Positions 1 to 10,331 of a DNA stretch of 64,000 nucleotides are shown piece after piece. Under the pieces are notes generated by a model. That model had not been told where the DNA came from, ran no database searches, and worked only from the letters and a program-made list of their open reading frames with translations. The translations under genes were made by a program, and so were the position numbers. The stretch lies in assembly GCA_963548315.1 (NCBI GenBank), contig CAUUUJ010000001.1:4838-68837 (forward strand). Direction: 5' to 3'. The stretch comes from an uncultured Candidatus Saccharibacteria bacterium. Its GTDB lineage: Bacteria; Patescibacteriota; Saccharimonadia; Saccharimonadales; Saccharimonadaceae. Each line of letters starts with the position of its first letter. The first letter of the stretch is position 1.

Positions 1-1179
1 GGAAAAGTCGCAATTATCCAAGGTCAAGTTTTGGAGGATCCTGATCTCGATAAAAATAGTCAAACGGTTCTTAGACTGGGCAATTTGCAGATGAATAATG
101 AAAAATTGCCGGGACAGATTTGGGTGACGACGCCAGATAAAAACTCAATTAAGCGCAGTGATATTGTGAGAGTTAAGGGCAAAATGACGGCGGGATTTGG
201 GGCTTTTTCGGCAAGCGTATATCGGGCGAAAATTATTAGTGCCGAAAGACCGGTTCCGGGTGATGTGGCGGTGGGAGTTCGCGATTGGTTTGCGGGGCGG
301 GTTCGCGAGCATATTCCGGAATCAGAGTCTGTGTTGGGATTGGGATTTTTATTGGGCTTAAGGCGTGCTATGCCGACTGAATTAAGTGACAATTTGAAAA
401 TTGCTGGACTAACGCATATCGTGGTGGCGAGCGGCTATAATTTAACAATTTTAGTTCGTTTAGCGCGGCGATTATTCGCTAAGCGATCAAAATATTTAGC
501 GATGCTCAGCGCGGCTGTTATGATAATCGGTTTTATGGCGGTGACTGGATTAAGTCCTAGTATGTCGAGAGCTGGTTTGGTGGCGGGACTGAGTTTGGCG
601 GCGTGGTATTATGGTCGGACAATTCATCCGCTGGTTCTGCTTCCTGTGTCGGCGGCAATCACGCTATTGATAAATCCGCAATTTGGTTGGGGCGATTTGG
701 GCTGGCAATTAAGCTTTGCTTCATTTGCGGGCGTAATTATGCTAGCACCACTTTTACACTCTTACTTTTTCGGCAATAAAGAACCAGGCGCGTTTCGACA
801 GGTTTTAATTGAAACTTTGTCGGCGCAAATTATGACGTTGCCGCTACTTATGATGAGTTTCGGTGTTATTAGTAATGTGGCGCTAATTGCGAATATGTTG
901 ATTTTGCCGTTTGTACCGCTAGCGATGCTGCTGACGTTTATGTCGGGCGTGATGGTTTTTGTGCCAATGATTGGTGTGTTGATTGCAATTCCGACGACGT
1001 GGCTACTTGGCTATATGATTCAAGTCACCAATTGGACGGCTGGATTTGAATGGGCCCAAATGGAAGTTAGTATCAATTTGTGGCAATGTGCGGTTTTATA
1101 TGTGGCGCTAATTTTGGCAATGATTTGGATGAAAAAGCAAACTAAATTAGACCTCGCTAAGATAAATATTGTGGAGTAG
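1..1179 (+). CDS. comEC: ComEC/Rec2 competence protein (5' partial)
   Basis: Frame open from base 1; motifs GLTHIVVASGYNL, SPSMSRA and GWQLSF; multi-TM; no C-terminal MBL domain. Confidence 0.9.
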   Translation, partial: GKVAIIQGQVLEDPDLDKNSQTVLRLGNLQMNNEKLPGQIWVTTPDKNSIKRSDIVRVKGKMTAGFGAFSASVYRAKIISAERPVPGDVAVGVRDWFAGRVREHIPESESVLGLGFLLGLRRAMPTELSDNLKIAGLTHIVVASGYNLTILVRLARRLFAKRSKYLAMLSAAVMIIGFMAVTGLSPSMSRAGLVAGLSLAAWYYGRTIHPLVLLPVSAAITLLINPQFGWGDLGWQLSFASFAGVIMLAPLLHSYFFGNKEPGAFRQVLIETLSAQIMTLPLLMMSFGVISNVALIANMLILPFVPLAMLLTFMSGVMVFVPMIGVLIAIPTTWLLGYMIQVTNWTAGFEWAQMEVSINLWQCAVLYVALILAMIWMKKQTKLDLAKINIVE

Positions 1180-1226
1180 TGTATAATAGTAACAGATTGA
1201 AATAGCAAATAACTTTAGGAGAAATT

Positions 1227-1943
1227 ATGTCAGGACACAGTAAATGGGCTACAACTCACCGACAAAAAGCGATTGTTGACGCTAAGCGCGGCGCGATTTT
1301 TACGAAATTGGGTAATCAAATTGCTATTGCGGCACGTGGCGGCACAGATCCAGCGCTGAACTCAAGTTTGGCGATGGCAATTGAAAAAGCTAAGGCTGCA
1401 AATATGCCTAGCGCAAACATCCAGCGAGCAATTGACCGAGTGGCGGATAAGAGCGCGGCGGCTTTGGAGGAAATTGCTTACGAAGGTTATGGTCCTGGCG
1501 GCGTGGGCGTTATTATTGAAACGGCAACAGATAATCGTAATCGAACATTGCCAGAAGTAAAAACTGCGTTGGTTAAAAATGGCGGGCGAATTGCTGATGC
1601 TGGTAGTGTGATGTTCCAATTCACGCGCAAAGGCGTCATTGCTATCGAAGGCAGCGGGGAAGATTTGTTGTTGGCGGTTTTGGATGCTGGCGCCGAAGAT
1701 GCTGTCGAGGAAGACGGCGAGATTATCGTGTATACAGAGTTGAAAGATTTGGCGAGCGTGCGGAATAAATTGGTTGAACAAGGCTTGAAGGTTAAGGACG
1801 CGGAACTGCGATACATTGCTAACACGCCGATAGAAATTGCCGACATGGAAACTGCGCAGAAATTGATGAAAATGATTGATGCGTTGGACGATTTGGATGA
1901 CGTTGTGAATGTTCATACAAATGCGGATATCACAGCGGAATAA
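1227..1943 (+). CDS. yebC: YebC/PmpR family protein
   Basis: MSGHSKW N-terminus, YEGYGPGG, TDNRNRT; typical position upstream of ruvC. Confidence 0.95.
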   Translation: MSGHSKWATTHRQKAIVDAKRGAIFTKLGNQIAIAARGGTDPALNSSLAMAIEKAKAANMPSANIQRAIDRVADKSAAALEEIAYEGYGPGGVGVIIETATDNRNRTLPEVKTALVKNGGRIADAGSVMFQFTRKGVIAIEGSGEDLLLAVLDAGAEDAVEEDGEIIVYTELKDLASVRNKLVEQGLKVKDAELRYIANTPIEIADMETAQKLMKMIDALDDLDDVVNVHTNADITAE

Positions 1944-1959
1944 AATCATCGCTTTAAGG

Positions 1960-1987
1960 AATCGCTCCTTTTTCTGGGGCGATTTTT
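1960..1987 (+). terminator. Intrinsic terminator after yebC
   Basis: aatcgctcc / ggggcgatt stem followed by a T-run. Confidence 0.65.
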
Positions 1988-2043
1988 AATTTGACAAAAA
2001 GTACGCTAAACTAAAGATGATTAACCATAAGCAAGGAGCGAGC

Positions 2044-3843
2044 ATGAAGTATTTGCGCAACACACTACTTATGATACTAGCCGTGGCACTAATAATGCCG
2101 TCGCCGTTGGTTTTGGCGGAAGGTGTTTCAAGTGCTACTCAAGAGTCGAAAGTTGATGACGTTCAGACTGTTGATGATAGTCCTAAATCGGCTGAGGAGA
2201 TAAAAGATCAAGTTGTCGATAAGGAGCAGATCGATAGCAATTCGCCTACTCAATCAAGTGAAAATCCCGAGACTCCAATGGAGAATTCGTCTACAAATAG
2301 TCCGAGTGAAAATCCTGCCGTCAGTGAGTCTTCAAAATCCGAGCCAAATCCCGAATCTGAGCCACCAAAAATAGATAATTCAGATGAAAGAACAGAAGAA
2401 AATGCTCCAATATTAATTTCAAAGATTAGTCAGGGCAAAAAATACGTTGAGATTTATAATCCGACGAATCGGAATGTTAATTTGGCTGGTTGGAAAATAG
2501 AGTATTACACTGGATCTGGCGCTCAAACCGTTGGAAAAATTTTCAAGGATGAAGTAATATCGGCGAACGGATTTTTGGTTTTGTCGAACGATAAGATGTC
2601 GGCAGATGTCATAAAGTTTGATAATAATTTAGTTTTGGCTCAAAATAACGGGTCGGTCGTGTTGTCGCGTTCGGACGGGTCGGTCGCAGATACTGTCGGC
2701 TGGGGAAATAATTCAAAGTTTGCAGGTTCGCCAATTAAAGCCGGTGTGAAAATTGTTTGGCGCTGTTTTGTTGATGGAAATATTATTGATTCAAAAAATA
2801 ATTCCACTGATTTTTTGTCGAGTAAAGGTTCTGATAATCAGGAAATTATGCCGTATTCACGACCAAATTGTAAGAGTCCAGAGTCTAAACCTGAACCTTC
2901 AAAAGAGCTGAATAAATGTGAAGGTCTGAAGCTAAGTGAAATTGCGTCGAATGTTGATGAACAATTCATTGAGATTATCAATTCTGGCGAAAAAACCGTC
3001 ATTACGACGGGCTGTAAATTGACGGTTGGCGATTCTGGCGTTCGTGAAAATATTGGTGACATCGAATTAAATCCCGGTGAATTTTTAACGATCAAAATAA
3101 AAAATACGAATCTGAAATTGCCAAAAACAAAAGGAAAAGTTTATTTACTAGACGAGGCTGGCTCGAAAATTGATTTCGCTGAATATAGTAGTATGCCGAA
3201 AGGTGCTTCATGGAGTTCGGTTGATGATGAGTGGACTCGGACATTTGCTATCACTGAAGGCGCCGCTAATATTTTTAAGGAATATCCAGACTGTCAGAGT
3301 GGTTATGAGAGGAATGTGTTGGGTAGATGTGTGAAAATTGCCATCCCGCCAGTTGAAAATCCTTGTCCTGTTGGTCAATATCGCCATCCGGAAACTCATC
3401 GTTGTCGAAAAATTGAAGCGGCAAAAACTATTACGCCCTGTAAAGATGGCTATTATCGTAGTGAAGAAACTGGCAGATGTCGATCTATCGCATCGACTGC
3501 GGCAAAGACTTTGAAGCCTTGCCCAGAAGGTCAATTCCGCAATTCAGCTACGGGTCGATGTAAGAAGATTGCTTCCACTGACGACATAGCGAAAGAATGT
3601 CCGGAGGGATTTGAGCGCAACCCACAAACTAAGCGATGCCGAAAGATAAAATCTGCAAATATGCCAACTGTTGGTTCGGCGGCTGCTGAAGTTAAGCAAG
3701 TCGCTGGCGCTACTTGGGGCTGGTGGGTGTTTGGCGGTGTGAGTTTACTGGCTGTTGGTTATGGCGTATGGCAATGGCGATGGGAGATTTCGCAATTTGT
3801 ACGAAAAATCCGCGAAAGCATTAAATCCGCAAGCGGTAAATAA
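2044..3843 (+). CDS. Surface protein: signal peptide, two lamin-tail-like domains, five 2-Cys repeats, C-terminal TM
   Basis: YVEIYNPT..VNLAGWKI and EQFIEIIN LTD-type motifs; CxxGxxRxxxTxRCxKI repeats; AGGAG before ATG 2044. Confidence 0.75.
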   Translation: MKYLRNTLLMILAVALIMPSPLVLAEGVSSATQESKVDDVQTVDDSPKSAEEIKDQVVDKEQIDSNSPTQSSENPETPMENSSTNSPSENPAVSESSKSEPNPESEPPKIDNSDERTEENAPILISKISQGKKYVEIYNPTNRNVNLAGWKIEYYTGSGAQTVGKIFKDEVISANGFLVLSNDKMSADVIKFDNNLVLAQNNGSVVLSRSDGSVADTVGWGNNSKFAGSPIKAGVKIVWRCFVDGNIIDSKNNSTDFLSSKGSDNQEIMPYSRPNCKSPESKPEPSKELNKCEGLKLSEIASNVDEQFIEIINSGEKTVITTGCKLTVGDSGVRENIGDIELNPGEFLTIKIKNTNLKLPKTKGKVYLLDEAGSKIDFAEYSSMPKGASWSSVDDEWTRTFAITEGAANIFKEYPDCQSGYERNVLGRCVKIAIPPVENPCPVGQYRHPETHRCRKIEAAKTITPCKDGYYRSEETGRCRSIASTAAKTLKPCPEGQFRNSATGRCKKIASTDDIAKECPEGFERNPQTKRCRKIKSANMPTVGSAAAEVKQVAGATWGWWVFGGVSLLAVGYGVWQWRWEISQFVRKIRESIKSASGK

Positions 3844-3859
3844 TTGCTATAATAAAGAC

Positions 3860-4333
3860 ATGAGAATTATCGGGATTGACCCGGGAACGGGGATTTTAGG
3901 GTTTGGCGTGATTGATTTTTCTCGTGGCAAGTTCAAGATGGTCACGGCGGGAGTTGTGACGACGCCGGCACATACGCCAATTGACGAAAGGCTTGAAGAT
4001 ATTTTCGATAGCCTGACAGAGATTATTGCCGAAACAAACCCTGATGTTATGTCGATTGAAAAGTTATTTTTTGCGCGCAACGTTACGACGGCGATTTCTG
4101 TGGCGGAAGCGCGCGGCGTGGCGATGTTGACTGGGCGAAAAGCCGGAATGCCGATTGCTGAATATACGCCACTGCAAATAAAACAAACTTTGACCGGCTA
4201 TGGAAAGGCCGATAAAAAGCAGGTCCAGGAAATGGTGCGCCTTAATTTGGGTTTGAAAGATGTTCCGAAGCCGGATGACTGCGCGGATGCTTTGGCTGCA
4301 GCAATTACACACGCGGCGATGAATCGGGTATAA
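3860..4333 (+). CDS. ruvC: Holliday junction resolvase RuvC
   Basis: IIGIDPG, GYGKADKKQVQEMV, PDDCADALA. Confidence 0.97.
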   Translation: MRIIGIDPGTGILGFGVIDFSRGKFKMVTAGVVTTPAHTPIDERLEDIFDSLTEIIAETNPDVMSIEKLFFARNVTTAISVAEARGVAMLTGRKAGMPIAEYTPLQIKQTLTGYGKADKKQVQEMVRLNLGLKDVPKPDDCADALAAAITHAAMNRV

Positions 4334-4340
4334 TTGAAAT

Positions 4341-4916
4341 ATGATTGCACATGTTTTTGGGAAAGTTGCTGAGAAGTTTAACGGCTCGTTAGTCATTGAT
4401 GTTCATGGTGTTGGATATGAAATTAGCGTGGCGACTAATGATTTTGACGCGGTGGTGTTAGATCAAGAGGTAAAGTTTTACACTTATCATCACGTGCGCG
4501 AGCAAGCTGAAGAATTGTTTGGTTTTTCGAGTTTGGCGGCGAAAAAACTGTTTGAAATGCTAATCACGGTTCAGGGGGTTGGCCCGAAGGCTGCGCTGGC
4601 TATCTTAAGCTTGGGTGATGCCGAGCAGGTGCGCAATGCTATTGCTAATGCTGACAGCGGTTTTGTGCAAAAGGCCACTGGCGTCGGCAAAAAAACTGCC
4701 GAGCGAGTGGTGGTCGATTTGAGCGATAAAGTTGGTCTGCCTACTCATTACAGTCAAACGGAAACTCCATTGCAGACTGAATTGAACACTTCCGATGAAG
4801 CTTTGGAGGCGTTGATGGCTTTGGGTTATACATTAGCAGATGCTACTAAGGCACTCGAAAACGTCGATGCTAATTTGCCGACAGCTCAGCGAGTAACTGA
4901 GGCTCTGAAGAAATAG
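4341..4916 (+). CDS. ruvA: Holliday junction branch migration protein RuvA
   Basis: GVGYEI, LFGF, VQGVGPKAAL, GVGKKTAER, EALMALGY. Confidence 0.97.
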   Translation: MIAHVFGKVAEKFNGSLVIDVHGVGYEISVATNDFDAVVLDQEVKFYTYHHVREQAEELFGFSSLAAKKLFEMLITVQGVGPKAALAILSLGDAEQVRNAIANADSGFVQKATGVGKKTAERVVVDLSDKVGLPTHYSQTETPLQTELNTSDEALEALMALGYTLADATKALENVDANLPTAQRVTEALKK

Positions 4917-4986
4917 ATATTTGTGTTCCAATATTTAATTATTGACCCTAAATTAAGTTATTGCTTGTAAATGCTATAATTAGTTT

Positions 4987-5985
4987 ATGGCAATTGAAAG
5001 AATAGTTGATACGAGTTCGCATGATGATGATTCTGAAGAGCAGCGAATTGAGGTGAGTCTGCGTCCGCAGAGTTTTGCTGAGTATGTTGGTCAGGAAAGA
5101 TTAAAACGTAATTTGCGTTTGGCGATTGATGCGGCTAAAAAGCGCGGCGAGCCGTTGGATCACGTATTATTATATGGTCCGCCGGGGCTTGGTAAAACAA
5201 CTATGGCGACGGTGATTGCTAATGAAATGGGCACGAATTTGCGAATTACCAGTGGTCCAGCTATTGAAAAAGCGGGCGATTTGGCGTCGATTCTAACTAA
5301 TTTATCGGATGGTGATATTCTGTTTATCGATGAGATTCATCGGTTGGGGCGATCAGTGGAGGAAATTTTGTACTCCGTAATGGAAGATTTTAAGCTGGAT
5401 ATTGTGATTGGAAAAGGTCCGGCAGCGCGATCAATTCGATTAGATTTGCCGCGATTTACGGTGATTGGCGCGACGACACGTACCGGAAGTTTGGCGGCAC
5501 CTTTGCGTGATAGGTTTGGGCACATTTACCGCTTGGAATTTTACACGCCAGAGGATATTGCGAAAATTGTGACGCGTAGTGCGAAGATTTTGGAGTCGTC
5601 AATTCGAAGTGAAGCGGCGAATCTATTGTCAACACGAGCACGCTTGACGCCACGTATTGCCAACAGACTTCTTAAGCGCGTCCGTGACTACGCCGACGTT
5701 AATGGCGACGGAATAATTGATGTAAAAACTACAACCAACGCTTTAGAAATGTTGGAAGTGGACGAGTTGGGTTTGGATCCGGCTGATCGTAATTTATTAC
5801 AGTCGATTCTGGAAAATTATGGCGATAATCCTGTTGGATTAACAACAATTGCGGCGTTAACTGGCGACGAGGCGACGACAATTGAGGATTTTTATGAGCC
5901 ATATTTACTGCAAATTGGGTTTATTGAGCGTACGCCGCGTGGCCGTCGAGTGACAATTAAAGCGAAGCGACATTTGGGAAAATAG
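4987..5985 (+). CDS. ruvB: Holliday junction helicase RuvB
   Basis: [34 protein letters not shown]. Confidence 0.98.
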   Translation: MAIERIVDTSSHDDDSEEQRIEVSLRPQSFAEYVGQERLKRNLRLAIDAAKKRGEPLDHVLLYGPPGLGKTTMATVIANEMGTNLRITSGPAIEKAGDLASILTNLSDGDILFIDEIHRLGRSVEEILYSVMEDFKLDIVIGKGPAARSIRLDLPRFTVIGATTRTGSLAAPLRDRFGHIYRLEFYTPEDIAKIVTRSAKILESSIRSEAANLLSTRARLTPRIANRLLKRVRDYADVNGDGIIDVKTTTNALEMLEVDELGLDPADRNLLQSILENYGDNPVGLTTIAALTGDEATTIEDFYEPYLLQIGFIERTPRGRRVTIKAKRHLGK

Positions 5986-6047
5986 TTATCGTATTCTTCG
6001 GCTTTTTGTGTTTTAATAAAACCAGACAAACTTAACTAGGAGCCGCC

Positions 6048-6548
6048 ATGGGCAAAAAACAAGCAACGACATCACCAGTTAAGAACTCTAAAGCTAGGCG
6101 CTGGCTACGACGATTTATAATTTTGATAGGAATTTTGGCTGGTTTGTGGCTAGTCAATTTTTTAACTTGGCTGCCAGCGTATATGGAAGTATGGAGTATG
6201 GCACGAGATCCAATGGCTGAAAAGGGCGTTTTGGGATTAAAGCTGAAATCGTCACGCGAAAGACATCGCATACCTACAGAACGCGGATTTTTAAAAAAGA
6301 GTACATCTCTATCAGTTGATAGATATTATGAGATGCCCCAGAATGAGTCGGTGAGTGATTTGTTAAATAGATTGCAACGATACGCTGAAGATTCTGGCTG
6401 GAAGCTAGACAAAGAGAGGTCTGGGGAGGAATATTTTGTAGGATATAAAGATATAGAGGGTAGGGAATACTCTCTCTGGGTTAGCGTTATACTAAACGAT
6501 AAGTATAACAATGGTGTTCATATAAGTGTTGAGGGCTTGGGTGATTAA
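6048..6548 (+). CDS. Hypothetical membrane-anchored protein
   Basis: AGGAG SD, N-terminal TM after a basic stretch; ends just before the next ORF. Confidence 0.6.
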   Translation: MGKKQATTSPVKNSKARRWLRRFIILIGILAGLWLVNFLTWLPAYMEVWSMARDPMAEKGVLGLKLKSSRERHRIPTERGFLKKSTSLSVDRYYEMPQNESVSDLLNRLQRYAEDSGWKLDKERSGEEYFVGYKDIEGREYSLWVSVILNDKYNNGVHISVEGLGD

Positions 6549-6549
6549 T

Positions 6550-9006
6550 ATGAAAATTAGAGTTATTATATTATCTTTCTTTGTAGCTATTATTTATGGC
6601 CTTTTTATACAACAGTCGGCACAAGGCGAGGTTGTTCCTTATAATTACGCAGGAAAGAAACTTACGATTACATTATTAGGCGATTCTTATTCAGCCGGAA
6701 ATGGCGCTGATGGGTATGAATATGGTCCTGCTGTCTGTCATCGCAACAGTAATAACTGGGCGGAAATGTATAAAAGATGGCTAAGCAATAACGGACTGTC
6801 AGTAACGCTTATAAATCGCGCTTGTTCTGGAGCTAAAATTAATGACTTCTTGAAGGATAAGAATGCGGGTAGTGTCGTAAAAACGATTAGTGATGATCCG
6901 GGCAAGCTAGCGACGAATGAACAGATTATTAAATATGCAGAAGACAGGGATATCTGCAATATTAAACCGAATAATGACTTAAAAGTTGCTTATAGGATCA
7001 TAAGTAGTGCGATTGGCTCTAAGCGCGGAAAAAATCAGAAAAGAGTTAATATAAGATGTAATTATACGATTCGACGACAACTTGATAGCGTGGATCGCAG
7101 CACGGATATGGTAATGATGACGATTGGTGGAAATGATTTGGATTTTGACGGCATTGTTAAGTCTTGTTTTGCTGCTGTAATAAGATCTGCTTCAGATTGC
7201 AAAACAAAGATAAATGACGCAAGAAATAATATGGAAGATTTAGAGCTAAATCTTAAAGGCATTTTATCATCGCTTAATTCTCGTTTACGTCCAGATGCGA
7301 AAATAGTTCTTTTAGGATATCCGCTACTAGCACTTGATAATGGTGAGAAACTATCCGATTTTTTGGTTGCTAGTGAAGTGCGCAAGTTGGGGTTGGAAGG
7401 TAATTTACGCCAGAAAAAGGTGGTTGAGGAATATAATAAAAGTCTCGGTAAAGAGAAGGTGATTTTTATTGATAGTTTGCCAAAGCGGTTTTCTGGACAT
7501 GAGCCAGACGCCTCAATATTTAAGAAGAATCACGATCGTTGGATTCATGAATTCCTTGAGCCAAATGCATTCAATATGAGCTCGTGGTATCACCCGAACT
7601 TCTTTGGGCATAGCAATTATATGTCAGCACTTCGCGAAAAAGTACCACTGCCCAATTTAGTGAAACCAATAACGAAAACGAATGGCGATATTGATGTAGT
7701 ATTTGTTATTGACACGACTGGTTCGATGGGTAGTTCAATTAGTGCTGTTAGAAATAACATTCGAAATATAGTTGAGTCGATCAGTTCGAAAACCAAGAGT
7801 GCTAGATTTGCGCTGGTTACTTATCAAGATCATCCGTGTTGTGGCGGAAGTTCGAGAGATTATCCGTCCAAAATTGAGACAGATTTTACGAGTAATGTCG
7901 AGGCGCTTAACAAGGCTGTCAATTTTATTCAACTCGGTAATGGTGGCGACTGGAAAGAATCTGTTTATTCTGGTATTAAGACGGGGCTGAATCTACAGTG
8001 GCGAGCGGGAGTAAAGAAGATTATGATTGTGATTGGTGACGCTCCAGCCAAGGATCCAGAACCAGTTACTGAGCTAACCGAACAATCTATCGTTGATGCT
8101 GCTTATGCTGTTGATCCGGCTCAAATATATATTATTGACACTTCTCGTACTGTTGCGATGGCGCCTGTGATGTCTTTGGCTGAAAGAACGGGCGGCGCAT
8201 ATTTACAGGCCGATGATAGCAATAAGATCGTTGATCAGATTAATACATCAGTTGAAAATGTGACAAACAAACCGAACGCCTGGATAAATCGTCAATATGT
8301 GGCGAAAATTGGCGACACATTAGAATTGGATGGCGCTGGTTCTTATTCGGCAAATGGTAAAATCGTTAAATATGAATGGGATATCGATCAAGACGGTGTA
8401 TATGATGTGACGACGGATAAGCCTTTTGTCAATTATACGTTTACTAAGGAATTTTCTGGGCTGTTAACACTTAGGGTGACTGATAGTTCTGGACTAACGA
8501 ACGTAGCAACGACAACTTTGACGGTTAGCGATGACGGCGATGAACATGAACGGGAATTTGATAATTGTCCAGATGTGGCGAATCCAGATCAAGCTGATTA
8601 TGACAAGGATGGAATTGGTGATGCTTGTGATTCTGATCCGGGATATTTGGAGGAATATGGCTATTATCAGATGCTAGAGTATGAAAAGAATCAAGCAAAG
8701 AAAGATGATGGTAAAAAAGAAAATACAAATCGTAAACCTGTTGACATGTCTTCGAGTAATGAAGTAAGCGGCGGTGACAACAAGAAAATAGCCACCATGG
8801 CTTCTGGCAGTAAGGACGTAAAACTTCAGGAGAATGGTGGTGTGAATGAGGTGGAGTTGAAGGAAACTCAGAAAAAATCCGAGGATAATGAAGATAACAG
8901 GGATGGATCGTCGTGGTTTGGTATTGCTGCAGCTGTTGGAATAGTTGCAATCAGTGTAGTAACAATAGCTATAAAAGTTTATCGCCAAAAAACAAGACTA
9001 TCTTAA
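6550..9006 (+). CDS. Surface SGNH/GDSL hydrolase - vWA - PKD - TSP3 protein with C-terminal TM
   Basis: LGDSYSAG, ACSGA, TIGGND, YHPN (SGNH); IDTTGSM (MIDAS); LDGAGSYS..YEWD (PKD); DNCPDVANPDQADYDKDGIGDACD (TSP3). Confidence 0.85.
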   Translation: MKIRVIILSFFVAIIYGLFIQQSAQGEVVPYNYAGKKLTITLLGDSYSAGNGADGYEYGPAVCHRNSNNWAEMYKRWLSNNGLSVTLINRACSGAKINDFLKDKNAGSVVKTISDDPGKLATNEQIIKYAEDRDICNIKPNNDLKVAYRIISSAIGSKRGKNQKRVNIRCNYTIRRQLDSVDRSTDMVMMTIGGNDLDFDGIVKSCFAAVIRSASDCKTKINDARNNMEDLELNLKGILSSLNSRLRPDAKIVLLGYPLLALDNGEKLSDFLVASEVRKLGLEGNLRQKKVVEEYNKSLGKEKVIFIDSLPKRFSGHEPDASIFKKNHDRWIHEFLEPNAFNMSSWYHPNFFGHSNYMSALREKVPLPNLVKPITKTNGDIDVVFVIDTTGSMGSSISAVRNNIRNIVESISSKTKSARFALVTYQDHPCCGGSSRDYPSKIETDFTSNVEALNKAVNFIQLGNGGDWKESVYSGIKTGLNLQWRAGVKKIMIVIGDAPAKDPEPVTELTEQSIVDAAYAVDPAQIYIIDTSRTVAMAPVMSLAERTGGAYLQADDSNKIVDQINTSVENVTNKPNAWINRQYVAKIGDTLELDGAGSYSANGKIVKYEWDIDQDGVYDVTTDKPFVNYTFTKEFSGLLTLRVTDSSGLTNVATTTLTVSDDGDEHEREFDNCPDVANPDQADYDKDGIGDACDSDPGYLEEYGYYQMLEYEKNQAKKDDGKKENTNRKPVDMSSSNEVSGGDNKKIATMASGSKDVKLQENGGVNEVELKETQKKSEDNEDNRDGSSWFGIAAAVGIVAISVVTIAIKVYRQKTRLS

Positions 9007-9030
9007 GTTCTATCGTGTTATAATATAGGC

Positions 9031-9867
9031 ATGAATCCACAAACATCCTCGTCAGAAGATTTAACGCAGCCTGTTGCGTACGATGCTGATGGTCGACCAC
9101 TATACCATCATCCGCCACAGACTGGTCGTCCGGCTCCGGTTGTGGCGCAGACGAATTCTTATGTAACGGCAAGACCAGAAATTATTGATGGGGAGAATTT
9201 TGATCCGCGATTGCGTAGTCAATATGCTAATGAACCACAAGTCGTACATGTTGCCAGGGATATTGACCCGAAGCCGTTTACTATTAGCGATGACCTGAAG
9301 CAAAAACACGAAAAATCAGTTCAGCAATACCCGAATCTCAATTTGAGCGAAGGTGAATATATCATTTTGGACATTAAACGCCATCCAATTGGTATGCTGA
9401 TTCCGACGGGCATCTCGGTTTTCTTGGTGGTAATGATCATGGTGTTTGTGATGTTTTATCCGTTAATTGCTCGTGACGCAATTATTTCGCCTATGCCTTC
9501 GCTAACTGATGTATTTGGTGTGGCAATGTTGCTTATTGGACTGGTATCGCTTGGTGGTGCGGTATCCTTGTGGATATATTTGCAGAACCATTTTTACATG
9601 ACGAATGAAAGTGTGATTCAGGAAATTCAGGGTAGTTTATTTTATCGGCATGAACAGACGGTGAGTTTAGGTAGTATTGAAGATGCAAGCTTCCGCCAAT
9701 CAGGTATTATTCAGACTCTTTTCAATTATGGCACGATTCGTCTCAGCACCGAGGGTGAAGAAACTACATACATATTCCATTTTGTGGCAAATCCACGTAA
9801 GCAAATTGCTATAATCAACAATGCTATTGAAGACTTTAAGAATGGCCGTCCTGTTTGTGATGATTAG
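9031..9867 (+). CDS. Bacterial PH-domain membrane protein
   Basis: Two TMs, then TNESVIQ...IEDAS..QSGIIQTLFNYGTI bPH-type motif. Confidence 0.7.
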   Translation: MNPQTSSSEDLTQPVAYDADGRPLYHHPPQTGRPAPVVAQTNSYVTARPEIIDGENFDPRLRSQYANEPQVVHVARDIDPKPFTISDDLKQKHEKSVQQYPNLNLSEGEYIILDIKRHPIGMLIPTGISVFLVVMIMVFVMFYPLIARDAIISPMPSLTDVFGVAMLLIGLVSLGGAVSLWIYLQNHFYMTNESVIQEIQGSLFYRHEQTVSLGSIEDASFRQSGIIQTLFNYGTIRLSTEGEETTYIFHFVANPRKQIAIINNAIEDFKNGRPVCDD

Positions 9868-9871
9868 CTAA

Positions 9872-10264
9872 TTATTTGTGGCGACTTTCTTTTATATAGT
9901 CATCTTCATCGACAAGCGTCGCAACGAGTTTGTATGACTTACATTTTCCATCATTACAATTTGAAGATTCATAACGATAACTGCTGTCTTTTTCGCCAAT
10001 TTTCTTACCTTGTGGATCTTTTAATAACGCAGGATCCATAGTCGGAAGCGTGCCTTCTTCTAACTTCTCTGGATAATAGCCATTTTTAACGTAAAAACCT
10101 TCTTCCAGGCTATAATGCATAGCGTTAATCGCGGTGCGTTTTTTGGCGTTGTTTGATTCGTTGGTCAATTTTGTATATTGTGAGAAACCTAAGATTGCGA
10201 TAATAATCAAGAAAGTCGCTACAACCAAAAGTTCAATAATAGTGAAACCGTTTCGCTTATTCAT
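9872..10264 (-). CDS. Type IV pilin/pseudopilin
   Basis: Class III signal NGFTIIELLVV. Confidence 0.85.
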   Translation of the reverse strand: MNKRNGFTIIELLVVATFLIIIAILGFSQYTKLTNESNNAKKRTAINAMHYSLEEGFYVKNGYYPEKLEEGTLPTMDPALLKDPQGKKIGEKDSSYRYESSNCNDGKCKSYKLVATLVDEDDYIKESRHK

Positions 10265-10331
10265 GAATGTAATTATAGCAAATCTTGCGACAAATCGGTA
10301 TAATAAAGGAAGTAACTAAGGAGGGAATGCT

